Assembly: GCA_046563655.1 (NCBI GenBank) | Contig: CM102287.1 | Span: 2,604,001 to 2,668,000 of the forward strand | Length of the DNA: 64,000 nucleotides | Source of the DNA: Yuukianura sp. NJ FZ-2021 | Lineage: Eukaryota | Direction of reading: 5' to 3' | In this document: positions 59,226 to 64,000 of the stretch, in pieces | Layout of the letters: the number at the start of each line of letters is the position of its first letter | How positions within the stretch are numbered: the stretch's first letter is position 1 | Made by a program: the position numbers and the translations under genes | Notes under the pieces: model-generated | Told to the model about the DNA's origin: nothing | What the model saw: only the letters and a program-made list of their open reading frames with translations | Database searches by the model: none

Positions 59226-62200
59226 TCAGTCGCTGTGGTTGAGTAGAGTGTTGGTCACCTCAGAGATGGACAGCAGAGGACTTCTGTCCGACTTGTCCCC
59301 GTAGGGTAGTAGGTATCTCCCACCAAAGAGCTGAAAATTTACATAATATATTTAATTATATTAATTGTTTTTAATTAATTATTTTAGTTATTTAAAAAGT
59401 ATAAAGAGTTTAGTTTTAAAACAAGGCCAAAGCCACAACGAGAGCAAAGCAGCTTGAATCAGGTTTGGACTCAAATTGAAGTTTAAAAAAATGTTCCGGA
59501 AAAGTATAAAGAGCTTCGGAAAATATTTTCTCAAAATCGTTTCGGAAAAGTATAAAGAGTGTCGGAAAATACTTTTCAAAATCGTCTCGGAAAACATTTC
59601 CCAATTTTTTTTTTCTTGGAAAGTGAAGGTTAGGGAGAAGGTGAAAAGAGAAAGCCTTTTTGCTGGTAACAAAACACAAGAAGCGACTCACTGGTGCGTG
59701 GGGGGCGGGGGATACACCCATACCTCGCTCCCACTCCCCTGCTCAACCCCGGACCCCATCGACATCGTCACTGAGCCTGGATGGTGGTAGCTCTGGAGGT
59801 ACTTGGCCGCAGCGATTGCGCTGGAAGTATCCAGCGATTGTGCTGTCGTCGTGGACCCCCCGTGGTGCTCAATCGTGTGATGGAGGGGGGTACTCGTCAC
59901 GTGACCATTGGACCCCATGGGGTCTCCCAAGCTACTCTTGATAATAGTCCCCACGCCCCACTTGTGATCCCCACTTGACGTCACGGGGGTTGCGGGGTTC
60001 ATGACTTCAAGTGACCTCAAGGGGTCCCCTGAAGGGCAGTACTTCCTCTCAGGGTACATTGACTGCGGAGTGATGACTGCGGCGCTGTGACGACTCAAGG
60101 GGGCGGTACTTGGACCCCACATTAAAACAGTCTGCCTCTGAGCAGCACTGTCACTTCCGCCGTTGGCATAGTGCATCATGTACTCTTCTCGCTTGACCTC
60201 CGTAGAAGATTTGACCTCGTGACCCCCTGGGGATGACGATGCTGAGGGGTCAAGGCCGTTTGAACCCCCGGAGGACCCCTTGGGGGGTTTCGAACTTGGG
60301 TGAACTTCTAAGCTCTGCTGAATATTGGCGTAGGAGTGTTGAGAATTTTTGTAGTCGAGTTGACCGGTTTTGTATTCGAGCTGACCGGTTTTAAATTCGA
60401 GTTGACCGGTACACCCAGCGTCTTTACCGTACTGGTTGTCATAGATACAGCCACGAGAAACATCGAGGAAACCGTTACCGACATAGGTCGAACCGTACTC
60501 CGGGTAGTACGTACCGAGTGCCCGGTACTGAAACAGTGAAGTACCGTCCAAGTACCGATTGTCGAAATTAGCCGGATGGTGGTAGAAGTTTTGTTGTTGG
60601 ACGTAGAGATTTGAGTCTGGAGTGGGATAGGTGGAGCCATAGACTGAACAGTTGTACGGAGTAGAGTAGGCTGCTTGCTGAATGTGCTGGATCGTGGTGG
60701 GGCCAACGACGGTTGGTGGGGCCGTGGTGGGTTCAAGTGGGAATTCTGTTCCAGCTTGGATTTTTCTTTTGGATCGATTGGTGGCTAGGAAATCTCTGAG
60801 TTGTGTTTTGTATCTGCGTGCTTTTGGTGGGAGAGTGGGTGGGGTTTGCATGGAGGTGACTGCAGTTGAATCTTGGTCTGAGAAGTACGTCAATCCAGCA
60901 TCCAAGTACGACACTTTGAAATCCATTGTTCTCTTCCCAAGCAAATCTCGACCTTCCTCCTCCCTGCAAAAAGTCAAAAGTCAAACGTCAAAACGGCAAA
61001 GTCAAAAAGTCAAAAGTCAAACAGGCAAAGGTAAACGGTGAAAACGGCGAAGACAAAAGTCGAATTTTTTGTTTGTGCTGTGATAATTGTAGGTTTTAGG
61101 GATTAATTAAAGTGAAACTGGAACATTAGAAATAATTTTGTCATAAATTAGAAATAAAGAAGTTGAGTCCGTAAATTTTAAAATCTAATGGAGATTTTTA
61201 AACAAAAGCGGCGATATTTCCAGATCATTTGAATGATTTAAGATTTGGAAAAAGTTGAAATTAACAATGGAAAAAGTGGTGGCTCGTCTTGTGCCTTTGG
61301 CTGAAAACTTTTATGTGCTCATAATTACTACTGTTATTCAAACCACTGCGACCGCACACAAAACACATCTTCAATTTATCATTCTTGTTCTAACTTTTCA
61401 AAAAATATTGTTTAGAGTGTAGAAATATGTACACAAAAAAACTTTTAGTTTAAAACAAACTAGAAGTATAAAAGTTGCACGAAAACTTTTGAGCGGAGTG
61501 GAAGTGTAACGCCGTTCAGAGAAAAAAATTGCCAAGCTAAGCATTCCATTGTGGGTTTTGAAAATAGTTTGCTGGTAGTTCTAATTCTGGTGAATTTTGT
61601 TTTTGATATTTTTGAAATTTAAAATTTTGGATTTCGAAAATTTGAAAGTTAAAAATGTGACTTGCATGAGTGGTTTGTGACAGGAGACGATGAAGTCAGG
61701 TTTGGAATTTTTGTAGATAAGTTTGGAAGTTGTTTGGAGCCATTTCCACTGGCCGTCTTTGCTCTGGAGGCGGTAGGCAATGAGACAAGACCTACCGGTT
61801 TTTAGTACTAAAATTCAAAAAACAAAATTAAATTTTGAAAATTCCTCATTTTTTGAAATTTCATGTTCCGTTTTACATTCTTGATGAGCAGAGGCTACGT
61901 AAGCAAGGTCATCAAAATGGACTAGGTCATAGCCACCCATGTTGGTCAACTCTGCATCTGAGTAGCCCAAGAGCATCTTCCCTCTGTCAAATTCAAAATT
62001 AACACTTTCAAAATTTCTTTTTCAAAATTGACTTTTTTTTTTTTTTCAAAATTTTGACCTGTGATCCATGGAGAGAATGCCGAGATCAAGTTTGTGTTTG
62101 CTGTTGATTGTGACTTCTTTTTGTGGCGTTTCCAGCAGCGTCGGTGGGCCAAACGGCGTACAAAGTGCAAATAACGCCATTGGCTCTTCGCCTGACTTCC

Positions 62201-63216
62201 GATTTTGGCCGTGCAGAATTCTCACCCGTCCACGAATGTCCAGTCTCTAAAAAACCAAAAACCAATTTTCAAAATTGTCAAAAAAAAACACAAAATTTTG
62301 ACTTTTTTCAAATTACAGAATTCATAAGGTTTAGCTTTAAGCGAAAGTTGGACATTGAGATAAGAAAAATCAATGCAAGAATTGATTATTTTCCCCTAAA
62401 ACTCTCTCTCTTTCTCTCGCTATGAGAAAAATTACAAAGGAAAATAGTTACTCCCTCCACTTCTGAGAAAATCCATGTTCAACTAATCTAAAAATCTTTA
62501 AATCTCTACCTACCTTTTGGAAAGAGAAAACATTAAAACATTTTATCCACAAATTTATATTATTCTACTCTCTTTTTAATCTAAAATGGAAATCTATACG
62601 AAACCAAAAGCTTCTCCTTTTATTCCGAAAACCAAAAGGCTCCTTTCCGTAAACCATAAAACAATGTACTAAATTCTCCATTTCCTATGTAACTAAAAGT
62701 ACTCATAAAAACTTGGAAACTTTCTCCCCAATTTGCAAAACCAAGAAAAAATACTTTTTCGTTTTTTCTTGGTTTCTTGGAAGGAAAAAATCCGTTTTGT
62801 TAAAAAATCAGTTTTGTAAAAAGAAAATGGTTTTGTTGAAAACGGTGCTGTGTTGCTGTGAATGCATGACGAAGTTCGGCGAAATCTGAAAAACAGGCTC
62901 CTCTTTCTGTACTTGTTTCATTTTCTTTTTGACTGGTGGAGTGAAGTGACATTGACCTGGCTTCTGACTGTCGAGGTCAAAGGTCAAAGGTCAAGTGACT
63001 TACCAGGAACCCCGACGTGTTGTCCAGGAGACATCTAAATCTGACTGTGAATGACCTCTCCAGGAAATTAGCGTGCTCTGGAGTGTGAATTGCTTCTGGC
63101 AAGGTCATTCCGGACAATTCCGAAGGCAGAAATGCGTTCCACATCAACTGCCGCTGCAACTCTTCACGATCTTCCGAGTGCACCATTTCCCAAATAGACT
63201 GATGCACAATGTCGGA
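59226..63216 (-). CDS. ss: Aryl hydrocarbon receptor orthologue spineless, 3' part (PAS-A end, PAS-B, C-terminus); exons 63216-63004, 62246-62059, 61983-61877, 61807-61666, 60963-59724, 59330-59226; 5' exons lie beyond the window
   Basis: SDIVHQS..VHSEDREELQRQL..ERSFTVRFRCLLDNTSGFL|RLDIRGR..HGQNRK..CTPFGPP..SKHKLD..MGGYDLVHFDDLAYVASAHQE|LLKTG..YKNSKPDF..|EEEGRDLLGKRTMDFKVSYLD are characteristic spineless/AhR sequences. The last exon (PLLSISEVTNTLLN) is less certain. Confidence 0.93.
59490..59600. repeat. Intronic tandem repeat built on TCGGAAAA (about 49-bp higher-order unit)
   Basis: CGGAAAAGTATAAAGAG..TCGGAAAATA..TCAAAATCGT occurs twice plus a partial copy. Confidence 0.7.
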
Positions 63217-64000
63217 CTGCAAAAATTAAAAAGCGGGAAAATTTAAAAACCCGGGTAATTTGTTGCCAATTTGTGCCGGAATTGCAGAAAACTAGAAAGT
63301 TTAGACAAAAAATCTTGAATTGTTTAAAAAAAAAGTTCTTGTGGATTTTATGCTTGCTGTGGTGAAAGTGATTAGTAAATTGTAGACAGTTGATGATTGT
63401 ATTTTGGTTTGACATGCAAGAAGTGTTTGTGCGTTTGTGACCTCCCGTGACCTGCCTCAACGTAAAGTTAAACAATGAATGGAAAAAGTGAGGTTGATTT
63501 GATTTGTGCATGGAATAATGCGTGTTAACACGCCTTACGTCCTTCACAATTTACTCATGTCCACATGCAAGTTCAATAAGAAAACGAAGCCTCACGTTCA
63601 CTAACCACGCATAACACGTTACGTTTTTACACAATTTTAAACCAATTTTAAAAAACAAGACAATTTTTAAAAAAAAATTTCAACCCCTGGAGCAAAATTT
63701 CTTAAAATTTTAGGATTTTGTAGGATTCATCGCAAAAATATGTTTAAATTTGACCTTCACTGGAAAAGTCAAGGTCAAAACTTTTCCTTTTGAGTTTGAG
63801 TTATTTGACCAAATTTTTTGTTTTGTGTTTTGAAAACACAAAATTGAAAACTCTTTTTTGAAAAAAAAAAACAACATTGAACTTGAGAATGTGGGCGAAA
63901 ATTAGTCTCATTAATCATGTTTTCTGTTTTGGGCTTGCCGTCTGTTCTGAGCGCATTTGAAATTCAAACGTTCCTTAAATACTTTTTGATTGTTTCACAA

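Overview
AT-rich eukaryotic DNA from an arthropod. This is supported by short spliceosomal introns, long-Toll and spineless genes and TTAGG motifs. A springtail-like hexapod is my inference, not proven. From left to right the window holds: (1) the 3' end of a Leu-rich, F-box/LRR-like ORF; (2) a long Toll receptor on the + strand (2 exons); (3) a tandem cluster of four small genes encoding predicted secreted or GPI-anchored proteins, with a 9-bp-TSD foldback MITE between the first two; (4) TTC25/ODAD4 (9 exons) with an RFX X-box; (5) a second, convergently oriented long Toll on the - strand (2 coding exons); (6) a woc/ZMYM-type MYM zinc-finger gene that lacks the C-terminal DUF3504; (7) the 3' part of the AhR orthologue spineless on the - strand. 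The most novel-looking element is the 24.4-29.8 kb cluster. One ORF encodes two homologous Cys domains (A and B) joined by a GPI-like signal, a short loop and an internal signal peptide, resembling a polyprotein. Its neighbours retain only A (frameshifted) or only B, and all four genes share an AGGTCA-AG-AGGTCA element. Other points of note are a palindromic minisatellite apparently exonised into a Toll ectodomain, non-shared introns in the two Tolls, a GC-AG intron and a divergent PAS-B in spineless, and several strongly recurring dispersed motifs. All family assignments come from my own motif recognition; no searches were run.
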